This document shows, piece after piece, positions 28,804 through 37,272 of a stretch of 64,000 nt of DNA. Each line of letters starts with the position of its first letter. Positions within the stretch are counted from its first letter, which is position 1. The stretch is taken from assembly GCA_002280855.1 (NCBI GenBank), contig NCEU01000006.1, forward strand, positions 38,090 through 102,089, given 5' to 3'. Both the position numbers and the translations under genes were made by a program. This DNA is from Sphingomonadales bacterium 32-65-25. GTDB lineage: Bacteria > Pseudomonadota > Alphaproteobacteria > Sphingomonadales > Sphingomonadaceae. Below the pieces are notes generated by a model that was not told the origin of the DNA, did no database searches, and saw only the letters and a list, made by a program, of their open reading frames with translations.

Positions 28804-29603
28804 TTTTCGAGCCCGATATCAGGCGCATCCTCCGCCTTCATGCCGATCACGTTGTAGCCGGCATCAACATGGTGCGTTTCGCCCGTCACGCCACTGGCCA
28901 GACCGGAGAGCAGGTAAAGGCCGGCACCGCCGACATCCTCGATCGTGACGTTGCGGCGCAGCGGCGAATTATATTCGTTCCACTTCATGATGTAGCGGAA
29001 ATCGCCGATGCCGCTGGCAGCCAGCGTCTTGATCGGGCCGGCGGAGATGGCGTTGACGCGCACATTCTGCGGCCCAAGATCCATGGCCAGATACTTCACG
29101 CTGCATTCCAGCGCCGCCTTGGCCACGCCCATCACGTTATAGTGCGGGATCACCTTTTCGGCGCCATAGTAGGACAAGGTGAGCATCGCGCCGCCTTCGG
29201 GCATCATCACGGCAGCACGCTGGGCAACGGCGGTGAAGCTGTAGACGGAGACGTTCATGGTGAGCAGAAAATTGTCCAGCGACGTATCGACATAGCGGCC
29301 GCGCAGCTCGTTCTTGTCCGAAAAGCCGATGGCGTGGACGAGGAAATCGATGGTCGGCCATTCAACCGCCAGCGCGGCGAAGCAGGCGTCCATGCTTTCC
29401 ACTGACGACACATCGCATTCGAACAGGCGGGCGACACCCAGTGCTTCGGCCAGCGGACGCACCCGCTTTTCCATCATCGGGCCCTGGTAGCTGAAGGCCA
29501 GTTCGGCGCCCTGTTCCGCCAAGGCCTTGGCAATGCCCCAAGCCAGGCTCTTGTCGTTCGCCAGCCCCATGATGAGGCCGCGTTTTCCCGCCATGATTCC
29601 CAT
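28800..29603 (-). CDS. fabI: Enoyl-ACP reductase
   Basis: [39 protein letters not shown]. Confidence 0.97.
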   Translation of the reverse strand: MGIMAGKRGLIMGLANDKSLAWGIAKALAEQGAELAFSYQGPMMEKRVRPLAEALGVARLFECDVSSVESMDACFAALAVEWPTIDFLVHAIGFSDKNELRGRYVDTSLDNFLLTMNVSVYSFTAVAQRAAVMMPEGGAMLTLSYYGAEKVIPHYNVMGVAKAALECSVKYLAMDLGPQNVRVNAISAGPIKTLAASGIGDFRYIMKWNEYNSPLRRNVTIEDVGGAGLYLLSGLASGVTGETHHVDAGYNVIGMKAEDAPDIGLEK

Positions 29604-29626
29604 GAAAATCTCCTTGGCTGCCGGCC

Positions 29627-30490
29627 TTAATTGGCAATTGCGGCAATTTCCAGCCGGGCGCGGGCAATGGCGGCATTCAGCTGCGCACCCAGCACCAGGC
29701 CAAGGCCGATGATGTAGAAATAGAGCAAGGCGATGATCACGCCGGCGAGGCTGCCATAGGTGAGCGCATAGCCACCAAACAGGGTGAGCGCGCGCGGCAG
29801 CGCAAGGGTTGTCGCCGTCCACGCCGCCGCCGTGGCCAGCGCACCGGGCCACACCGGGGCGATGCGGAAACGGCGTGGGCACAGCAGCGCAAACAGCCCC
29901 CACAGCGCCATGAACAGCAGCAGCGCCGGCACGATGCGTTGCAGGCCCAAGGCCGGGAAGATGTTCGCCGCCATCGGCATCAGGCGATAAACGAAGGTTT
30001 CGGCGCCGGTCACCACCACCTGCGCGGCAAAGGCGATCAGCAGCAGCAGCACCAGGCCCAGCACCTCGAGCAAGCCGAGCAGGCGCCAACGCAGATAGGG
30101 CATTTCCGATTCCCGGCCATAGGCCTGGGTGACGATGGTGCGCAGCGTGACCAGCACGCCCGAAGACGTCCACAGCGCCACCGCCAGGCTGAAGGTGATG
30201 ACGCCGCTGCTCGAATCGGCCGCGATCACATCGGTCAGCGCCGGGGCGATGAGTGCGGCGACATTGCTGGGCAGCGCAGTGAGGAAGCCGTTGACGGCCG
30301 CCAACCCGTCGGCGGTGCGGCCCAGTTGCCCGGCGATGGCTGCGAGCAGGATGACGAAGGGAAACAGGGTGACGAGGCTGAGATAGGCGAGATTGCCGGC
30401 GTGAGTGAAGCCATGTTCAAAGGTGCCGCTGGCGGTATCACGCGCGATGGCAGGCCACGACAGCCGTCGGCTCGGGCTAGCTTCAACCAT
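29627..30490 (-). CDS. YihY / BrkB family membrane protein
   Basis: AGNLAY..L..LFP, PGA..A, YGSLAGVII.LL..Y. Confidence 0.88.
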   Translation of the reverse strand: MVEASPSRRLSWPAIARDTASGTFEHGFTHAGNLAYLSLVTLFPFVILLAAIAGQLGRTADGLAAVNGFLTALPSNVAALIAPALTDVIAADSSSGVITFSLAVALWTSSGVLVTLRTIVTQAYGRESEMPYLRWRLLGLLEVLGLVLLLLIAFAAQVVVTGAETFVYRLMPMAANIFPALGLQRIVPALLLFMALWGLFALLCPRRFRIAPVWPGALATAAAWTATTLALPRALTLFGGYALTYGSLAGVIIALLYFYIIGLGLVLGAQLNAAIARARLEIAAIAN

Positions 30491-30497
30491 CCAGCCC

Positions 30498-31442
30498 TTA
30501 TCCGTCCAATGTCGCGCGAATGTTGCGCGGATCGACGAAGCTGGCGGCAAAGGCCTTCAGTTCCTCGTGATCGGGCGGGATATCAATCTGCACCGTCACC
30601 AGTTGATCGCCGCGGGTGCCATCCAGCTTGCGAAAACCCCTGCCCTTCAGCCGAAACATCTTGCCCGATGCGGTGCCGGGCGGGATGGACAGCGAGACCA
30701 TGCCTTCGGCGGTGGGCATGCGGATCTTGGCACCGAGCACGGCTTCATCCAGCTTGATCGGCAAGGTAAGGCGCACATCATTGCCGTCGCGGGTAAGGGC
30801 GCGGTGCGGCCCGATCTCGATGGTGACAATGGCATCGCCGTGGCCACCGGGGCCAGCCTCCCCCTTGCCGGCCAGCCGCACCTGCTTGCCGGTTTCAAGG
30901 CCAGCCGGCAGCTTGATCTCGATCGTCTGGCCGGAACGCAGGGTGACGCGCTGCGGGGTCAGCTGCACGGCATCGACAAAGGGCACAGTCAGGCGATAGG
31001 CCACATCGGGCCCGCGCACCTGAGTGCGAAAGCCGCGGCCACCACCACTTGCGGCGCCGCTGCCGCCGAACGGGCTGCGGCCGCCAAAGATTTCAGCAAA
31101 CAGATCATCGGCGGCACCGGCAAAATCCGCGCCGCCGCCGCTGCGGCCATTGCTGCCGAAATCGCGCGGGTTGAAACCGCCGCCACCGCCAAATCCACCA
31201 CCGCCAAAGGGATTGGTGGGCTGGCCATCCGGGCCGATCTCGCCGCGATCAAACTGCGCGCGCTTGGCTGTATCAGACAGGAGCTCATAGGCGAGGTTGG
31301 CTTCCTTGAAGCGTTCCAGCGCCTTGGGATCATCGGCGTTGCGATCGGGGTGATTGTCCTTGGCGAGCTTGCGGAACGCCTTCTTGATATCGGCATCCGT
31401 TGCCGACCGCGGCACGCCCAAAACGCTGTAGGGATCTCGCAT
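30498..31442 (-). CDS. DnaJ-class co-chaperone (CbpA-like, no zinc finger)
   Basis: J-domain with HPD, G/F-rich linker, C-terminal DnaJ_C domain. Confidence 0.93.
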   Translation of the reverse strand: MRDPYSVLGVPRSATDADIKKAFRKLAKDNHPDRNADDPKALERFKEANLAYELLSDTAKRAQFDRGEIGPDGQPTNPFGGGGFGGGGGFNPRDFGSNGRSGGGADFAGAADDLFAEIFGGRSPFGGSGAASGGGRGFRTQVRGPDVAYRLTVPFVDAVQLTPQRVTLRSGQTIEIKLPAGLETGKQVRLAGKGEAGPGGHGDAIVTIEIGPHRALTRDGNDVRLTLPIKLDEAVLGAKIRMPTAEGMVSLSIPPGTASGKMFRLKGRGFRKLDGTRGDQLVTVQIDIPPDHEELKAFAASFVDPRNIRATLDG

Positions 31443-31468
31443 CGTCTGTCTTTATCCTGTTGGCCCAA

Positions 31469-31497
31469 AGATTGGCAGCAAGGGCCCGCTTTGCAAG
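31469..31497 (-). promoter_or_regulatory. RpoH (sigma32)-type promoter
   Basis: CTTGCA-N16-CCAATCT upstream of the DnaJ-class gene. Confidence 0.6.
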
Positions 31498-31557
31498 CCC
31501 ATACAGCCACCCTGCGGCACTGGCCAGCGTCACCGCCGTGCGGCATGGGCGAAAGCC

Positions 31558-32472
31558 ATGATGCACCGCCTGATTCGCCCCCTCACCTGGCTGGCCCTGC
31601 CGCTTGCCCTGATTGCTTCCCAACCGGCGCTGGCCTGGGGCGAATATGCCCACCGGTTGACCGGGCGCATCGCGCTGGCCCAGCTCACACCGGCGGTGCG
31701 TGCTGAGGTGAAACGCCTGTATCGCGCCGAAGCGGCATTGAACACGCCCGAATGCCGGCTGCGCAGCATTGAGGAGGCCAGCGTGTGGCCCGATTGCGTG
31801 CGCGCTCGTTATCGCGACCGTTTCGCCTTCTCTGCACCCTGGCACTATCAGAACATCAGCGTGTGCGGCGATTTCGACATCAACGCCAAATGCCCGGACG
31901 GCGATTGCGTGACGGTGCAGATTTCGCGCCAGCAGGCCATATTGGCTGATCGCAGCCGGCCGGCGCACGAACGCCTGCAGGCCTTTGGCTTCCTGGTGCA
32001 TTTCGTGGGCGACATGCACCAGCCGCTGCACCTCGGCGACAAGGCCGATCTGGGCGGCAACCAGGTGCGCGCCGATTATGGCTATAAACAGCGGTTGAAC
32101 CTGCACTGGATCTGGGATGGTGACTTGGCCGAACGCGCGCTGACCGAACCGCCAGCGATCACGCCGCAGCGCATCACGCCGGCACAGGCCCGCGCCTATA
32201 CCGCCGGCCCGGCCGACACCGCAGCACGGGTGGCGCTTTGGGCGCGCGACGTGTGGGAGATTTCGCGCACGGTCGTCTATCCGCAATTACAGGGTTATCC
32301 CGACAGTTGCCCGATCCCCGCCGACCAGCGCCGCGCCCTGCCGCGCGGGATGGTGACGCCCGACTATATCACCAAGGCGACTCCAGGCGTGCGTGATCAG
32401 GTGGCCAAGGCCGGCAGCCGCATCGCCCTGCTGGTGAACGAGGCGCTGGCGCCGGGCGGGCGCACCCGGTAA
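31558..32472 (+). CDS. Secreted S1/P1 nuclease
   Basis: Signal peptide then WG..AH; WPD, WHY, H..GDMHQPLH, NLH.IWD. Confidence 0.92.
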   Translation: MMHRLIRPLTWLALPLALIASQPALAWGEYAHRLTGRIALAQLTPAVRAEVKRLYRAEAALNTPECRLRSIEEASVWPDCVRARYRDRFAFSAPWHYQNISVCGDFDINAKCPDGDCVTVQISRQQAILADRSRPAHERLQAFGFLVHFVGDMHQPLHLGDKADLGGNQVRADYGYKQRLNLHWIWDGDLAERALTEPPAITPQRITPAQARAYTAGPADTAARVALWARDVWEISRTVVYPQLQGYPDSCPIPADQRRALPRGMVTPDYITKATPGVRDQVAKAGSRIALLVNEALAPGGRTR

Positions 32473-32495
32473 TCTGCCTGCCGGAGACCACGCCC

Positions 32496-33389
32496 ATGAA
32501 CCTCGACGACGAACAGGAAAGCAGCAACATCGTTGATCGGCGCGGAGAGCGCGGCGGCGGCGGTGGCATGCGGCTGCCGATTGGCGGCGGCAAGCTGGGC
32601 ATCGGCGGCATGCTCGTGGTTGGCGTCATCGCACTGCTGCTGGGGCAGAACCCGTTGGCGATGATCGGCATGGTGGAAGGCGCCGGCGTTGGTGGTCCGG
32701 GAGTTGGCCAGCCACAGGAGGTCGCTGCTCCGGCAGCGCCGGCCGCTCTGAATGGCATGCATGACCGGTTCATCGCCAAGGTGCTGGGCAGCACCGAACG
32801 CACCTGGGATGCGGTGTTCCGCGATCAGCTGGGCAAGCCCTATCCGCAGCCAAAGCTCAACCTGTTCGAAGGTGGTGTGAACAGCGGTTGCGGCCAGGCA
32901 GACAGCGGCATGGGGCCATTCTACTGCCCGGCCGATCGCCAGGTCTATCTGGATGCCAGCTTCTTCGATGATCTGTCGCGCCGCTTTGGCGCGCCGGGCG
33001 ATTTTGCCGCCGCCTATGTAATCGCCCATGAAGTGGGCCATCATATCCAGACCGTGCTGGGCATTTCCGCCGAGGTACAGAAGGCCCGCCGCGCGTCAGG
33101 GCCGGCGCAGGGCAATGCGCTTTCGGTGCGGCAGGAATTGCAGGCCGATTGCCTTGCCGGGGTTTGGGCGCACCATAATCGCGATCTGCTGGAAGCCGGT
33201 GACATCGAGGAAGGACTGCGCGCTGCCCAGGCCATCGGGGATGACACGCTGCAACAAAAGGCCGGGGCGCGGGTGAACCCGGAAAGCTTCACCCACGGCA
33301 CGTCGGCACAGCGCATGCGCTGGCTGCAGGCCGGGCTGCAATCCGGGCAGATGAACAGCTGCGACACCTTTGCGGCGCGCAAGCTCTAA
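32496..33389 (+). CDS. YpfJ-like neutral zinc metallopeptidase
   Basis: GPFYCPAD..VY.D, YVIAHEVGHH.Q, ELQADC.AG, FTHGTS.QR. Confidence 0.92.
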   Translation: MNLDDEQESSNIVDRRGERGGGGGMRLPIGGGKLGIGGMLVVGVIALLLGQNPLAMIGMVEGAGVGGPGVGQPQEVAAPAAPAALNGMHDRFIAKVLGSTERTWDAVFRDQLGKPYPQPKLNLFEGGVNSGCGQADSGMGPFYCPADRQVYLDASFFDDLSRRFGAPGDFAAAYVIAHEVGHHIQTVLGISAEVQKARRASGPAQGNALSVRQELQADCLAGVWAHHNRDLLEAGDIEEGLRAAQAIGDDTLQQKAGARVNPESFTHGTSAQRMRWLQAGLQSGQMNSCDTFAARKL

Positions 33390-33395
33390 AGCGGA

Positions 33396-33950
33396 TCAGC
33401 CCTTGCGGTCGCTGATGGTGATGCGGCCGCGGGCGACGCCGGTGTCGCCATCTTCCACAGCAATCACCATGCGATCACCATCTTCAGTGGTGCCGGTGAG
33501 CGTGTTGCCGCTGCGGCTGGGGGGGCGGCCCTTGTCGGCCAGGGCCTTGGCATACCAATTGGCCACCTGCGTTGCCGTGCCCGGCGCGCTGAAGCCCAGC
33601 AGCACCTGACCGCGGCCGTCGCCATCCTTGCCACTGGCCTGCACATTCACGCTGGTCAGCTTGGCACCGGGAAAGCGGCCCACCCCGTCCAGATCGAACT
33701 TCGCATCCGGTTCAATGCCGGCCGGGATGCTCACCTTGCCGGCGATGCCGCCGGGCAGCTTCAGCTCGACTTCGCCCTTTTCCATGTCGGCCTTGATGTT
33801 CACGCCGGTCTCACCGGCGGCGCCCTCATCCCAATCCTTGTCGACACTGATCGCGGCCGCTTCGGCCTGTTCCTTCTCATCAACGCGCCGGGCATCGCAG
33901 GCCGCCACAGCGACACCGCACAGCAGGATGGCGATCAAGGCATTCTTCAT
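33396..33950 (-). CDS. Hypothetical lipoprotein
   Basis: MKNALIAILLCGVAVAAC lipobox; host-like codon usage. Confidence 0.7.
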   Translation of the reverse strand: MKNALIAILLCGVAVAACDARRVDEKEQAEAAAISVDKDWDEGAAGETGVNIKADMEKGEVELKLPGGIAGKVSIPAGIEPDAKFDLDGVGRFPGAKLTSVNVQASGKDGDGRGQVLLGFSAPGTATQVANWYAKALADKGRPPSRSGNTLTGTTEDGDRMVIAVEDGDTGVARGRITISDRKG

Positions 33951-33964
33951 GATGTCAGGCTCCA

Positions 33965-33986
33965 GTGTATTGCCGTAACAATACAC
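33965..33986. promoter_or_regulatory. Perfect palindromic operator (GntR/YtrA-like)
   Basis: GTGTATTG-CCGTAA-CAATACAC, 15-36 nt upstream of the lipoprotein start. Confidence 0.6.
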
Positions 33987-34002
33987 GATGAATGAAGGGC
34001 AA

Positions 34003-34956
34003 TCAATGGCCCTTGCGCGGGATGGCGTGCAGCGTGGCCACGATCAGCGCGCCGAGCGCAACGCCGAACAGGCCGGCGCCGCCCGCTTCGGCCAACCACG
34101 TGGCAAAGCCACCTGCGTCTTCAACGGCGTGCATGGTGGCATGCAGCAGATCATGCGGCGCATCGATACCGAACTTGTGCAGGCCGTCGATCACGATATG
34201 GCCGCCCACCCACAACATGGCCGCCAGCCCAACCCAGCCCAGAAGCAAAAGGAACAGCGGCATGCCAACGACCAGACCGCGCCCGAGCGCCGCCACAGCG
34301 CCATTGCGCTTGCGGGCGAGAAAGACCCCGAAATCATCGGCCTTCACGATCAGCGCGACGGCGCCATAGACCAGCGCGGTAATCCCCAGCGCCACCACAA
34401 CCAGTGCGGCGGCCTGTTCGGCGATGGGCTCCTGTTCTACCGTGCCCAACGCGATCGCCATGATTTCAGCCGACAGGATGAGATCGGTGCGGATGGCGCC
34501 CGATACCATCGTGCGTTCCTTCTCCACCGGGTCCATCGCAGCATCGTCTGCGGCGTCTTCATCATGCGGGTTCAGCTTTTCCCACAATTTTTCCGCGCCT
34601 TCAAAACACAAGAACGCCCCGCCCGCCATCAACAGCGGGGTGATTACCACCGGCAGGAAGTAGGACAGCGCCAGCGCGCCGGGCAGCAGGAACACCAATT
34701 TGTTCTTCAGGCTGCCGCGCGCGATCTTGGCGACGATGGGGATTTCGCGATCCGCCGCAAAGCCGGTGACATAGCGCGGCGTGACGGCGGCATCATCCAC
34801 CACCACGCCGGCCGCCTTGGCCGAAGCCTTGGCCGCTGCCGCTGCGGTATCGTCCAGGCTGGCGGCCGCCATGGTGCCAACATCATCGACACTGGCCGCC
34901 GCCACCTTGGCGATCGCCGCAATATCATCCAGCAATGCAAACAGGCCGCTTGCCAT
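34003..34956 (-). CDS. DUF808 / YedI family inner-membrane protein
   Basis: MASGLFALLDDIA, KAAGVVVDDAAVTPRYV, GAIRTDLILSAEIM. Confidence 0.92.
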   Translation of the reverse strand: MASGLFALLDDIAAIAKVAAASVDDVGTMAAASLDDTAAAAAKASAKAAGVVVDDAAVTPRYVTGFAADREIPIVAKIARGSLKNKLVFLLPGALALSYFLPVVITPLLMAGGAFLCFEGAEKLWEKLNPHDEDAADDAAMDPVEKERTMVSGAIRTDLILSAEIMAIALGTVEQEPIAEQAAALVVVALGITALVYGAVALIVKADDFGVFLARKRNGAVAALGRGLVVGMPLFLLLLGWVGLAAMLWVGGHIVIDGLHKFGIDAPHDLLHATMHAVEDAGGFATWLAEAGGAGLFGVALGALIVATLHAIPRKGH

Positions 34957-35018
34957 GCGTTATCCCTCGAAAATGCTGCCGTTTGATACCGCAGCCGCAC
35001 GCCAGAGCAATGCGGTGT

Positions 35019-35204
35019 TCAGCGGCGGTCGCGCACAGCGAGCAGGATGGCCGCTAATAAACCCACGCCCAGCCCTGCCAGCAGCCCCACAGACGGCTGC
35101 CCGGCGAGCATGCCGCCGACGGCGCCCGCCACCAGCCCAAAGGCGATGAAGATACCGCCGCCACGTTGTGGTGGACGCGAAACAGGAGAGCCGGGAGACG
35201 CCAT
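35019..35204 (-). CDS. Small two-TM membrane protein (61 aa)
   Basis: MASPGSPVSRPPQRGGGIFIAFGLVAGAVGGMLAGQPSVGLLAGLGVGLLAAILLAVRDRR; occupies the gap upstream of the likely tamA start. Confidence 0.65.
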   Translation of the reverse strand: MASPGSPVSRPPQRGGGIFIAFGLVAGAVGGMLAGQPSVGLLAGLGVGLLAAILLAVRDRR

Positions 35205-35289
35205 GCCCAGCCCCTTGCACCAGAGCGACGGCCAGCGCCAGAGGCGCGTGCGCCTTGCGCTGTCTTGCCCATCCGGTAAACCCTGTCTG

Positions 35290-37272
35290 GTGCATAGGCT
35301 CCTGCCCCTCTTGCTCGCCGCTGCGGCCGGAACCGCACAGGCCCAAACTGCGCCCGCTGAGCCGCCGCCGCCAGCACCAACTGCCGAGCCTGTCGCTCCT
35401 CCCGTGACCGTCGATATTCCGGGGCCGCAAGCCCCCCTGCCCGATCTGCCCGGCGGCGAGGCCGTGGCGTGGCCCGATGTCGAATCGACCAGCTCCGGCG
35501 ACGCTGATGCTCCAGATGCCGCCGTTCGATACAGCGTTGAGGTCAGCGGGCTGGCCGAACTGGGCCTCGACGATGAATTTCGCGGGCTGTCGACGCTGTG
35601 GCTGCATCGGGGCGAAGAGACCAACCTGGCACAATTGGGCCGCCGCATCACTGAAGACCGTGATCTGGTCGATTTGCTGCTGCGCTCGATAGGTCATTAT
35701 GGTGGCCAGGCCCGCATCAGCATCGCGCCGGGCACCGCCGCCGCGCCGGCCAGCGTCGTGCGCGTCGTTGCCCAGCCCGGCCCCGTCTACAATTTCCGCG
35801 AAATCACCATCTCGGCATCGCCGGGTGCCGTGAACAGCAGTGATCCGGCCCGCATTGTCGGCCGGCTGTTGCCGATCCGGGTGGGCGATGCAGTGGAAGC
35901 CGCGCGCGTGCAATCGGCGCAGGATGGCCTGCCGATCCGCCTTGCCGATGCCGGCTATCCGTTCGCGCGCATTGCGCTGCCCGATATCACCATCGATCAT
36001 GCCAGCCGCGACGCCACGCTGGTGCAAAGTGTCGATCTGGGCCGGCGCGGCGTGTTTGGCGCCATCCGCATCGATAATGGTGTGAAGGGCATGAACGAAA
36101 AGCATGTCGCCCTGCTCGCCCGCTTCAAGCCTGGTGACCGGTACAGCAACGCCGGCCGCGAGGATCTGCGCCGTGCACTGGTGCAAACCGGATTGTTCGG
36201 CGCGGTGGCGATCAAGCCTGGCGAAGGCGCCGTGCGCGAGGATGGCACACAGACGGTCAATCTCGACATCAACAGCGAAGCCGCGCCGATGCGCACCATC
36301 GCCCTGTCCGGCGGTTTTTCCACCGGCCAGGGCGTGCGCGCCGAAGGCAGCTGGACCCACCGCAACCTGTTCCCGCCCGAAGGCGCCTTCACCGCCCGTG
36401 CTGTTGCGGCGCAGCGCGAACAGGTGGCGCAAGTGGAACTGCGCAAGCGCAATTTCGGCCAGCGCGATCGGCAATTGCTGGTTGCCGGCGGCTTCACCGC
36501 CAGCCAGCAATTCGCCTTTGCCGCCGAAACGCTGGGCATATCGGCGGCACTGGCGCGCGAATCCAACATCCTCTGGCAGAAAGACTGGACGTGGAGCATC
36601 GGCGCCCAGGCGCTGATCACCAGCCAGCGCGACCGTTCGGTGCCGGGCGACCCGCGCCGCACCTTCACGGTTTTGGCAGTGCCGGCCAGCGTCACCTGGG
36701 ACCGGTCCGATGATCTGCTCAACCCATCACGGGGGTTCCGGCTGACCACGCGCCTCAGCCCGGAATTCACGCTCAGAGACCAGAGCAATTTCAATTATCT
36801 CAAGGCCCAATTCGAAGCGACCGCCTACAAGCCGATTGGCGACAGCCTGGTGCTCGCGGGACGCTTCCACCTCGGCAGTATCGTTGGCGCCAATCGCGGC
36901 GTGATCGCGCCAGATCGGCGCTTCTATGCCGGCGGTGGCGGTTCGGTACGCGGTTATGTGTTCCAGGGCGTTGGCCCGCGCAATGCCGATAATGTGCCCA
37001 CTGGCGGCAACAGCCTCACCGAACTGGCGGTGGAAGCCCGCTATCGCTTCCAGGCGCTGGGCCAGGACTTGGGCATCGTGGCGTTCGTCGATGCCGGCGA
37101 GGTTTCCACCGGCACCACCCCGGCCTTTGATCGGTTGTCGCTGGGAGCGGGCATCGGCGCGCGCTTCTACACCGGCTTTGGCCCGGTGCGAGTGGACATC
37201 GCCACACCGGTCAATCCGCAAAAGGGTGACCCCCGGTTGGTGTTCTATGTCTCCATAGGGCAGGCGTTCTGA
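35290..37272 (+). CDS. tamA: TamA / Omp85 family outer-membrane protein
   Basis: Signal peptide after GTG 35290, POTRA-like region, RFYAGGGGSVRGY, C-terminal FYVSIGQAF. Confidence 0.9.
   Translation: MHRLLPLLLAAAAGTAQAQTAPAEPPPPAPTAEPVAPPVTVDIPGPQAPLPDLPGGEAVAWPDVESTSSGDADAPDAAVRYSVEVSGLAELGLDDEFRGLSTLWLHRGEETNLAQLGRRITEDRDLVDLLLRSIGHYGGQARISIAPGTAAAPASVVRVVAQPGPVYNFREITISASPGAVNSSDPARIVGRLLPIRVGDAVEAARVQSAQDGLPIRLADAGYPFARIALPDITIDHASRDATLVQSVDLGRRGVFGAIRIDNGVKGMNEKHVALLARFKPGDRYSNAGREDLRRALVQTGLFGAVAIKPGEGAVREDGTQTVNLDINSEAAPMRTIALSGGFSTGQGVRAEGSWTHRNLFPPEGAFTARAVAAQREQVAQVELRKRNFGQRDRQLLVAGGFTASQQFAFAAETLGISAALARESNILWQKDWTWSIGAQALITSQRDRSVPGDPRRTFTVLAVPASVTWDRSDDLLNPSRGFRLTTRLSPEFTLRDQSNFNYLKAQFEATAYKPIGDSLVLAGRFHLGSIVGANRGVIAPDRRFYAGGGGSVRGYVFQGVGPRNADNVPTGGNSLTELAVEARYRFQALGQDLGIVAFVDAGEVSTGTTPAFDRLSLGAGIGARFYTGFGPVRVDIATPVNPQKGDPRLVFYVSIGQAF

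Noticed and set aside
28800-30173. 457-aa apparent yihY-fabI fusion
   Set aside because: The upstream part is an off-frame read of yihY; FabI begins at 29603.
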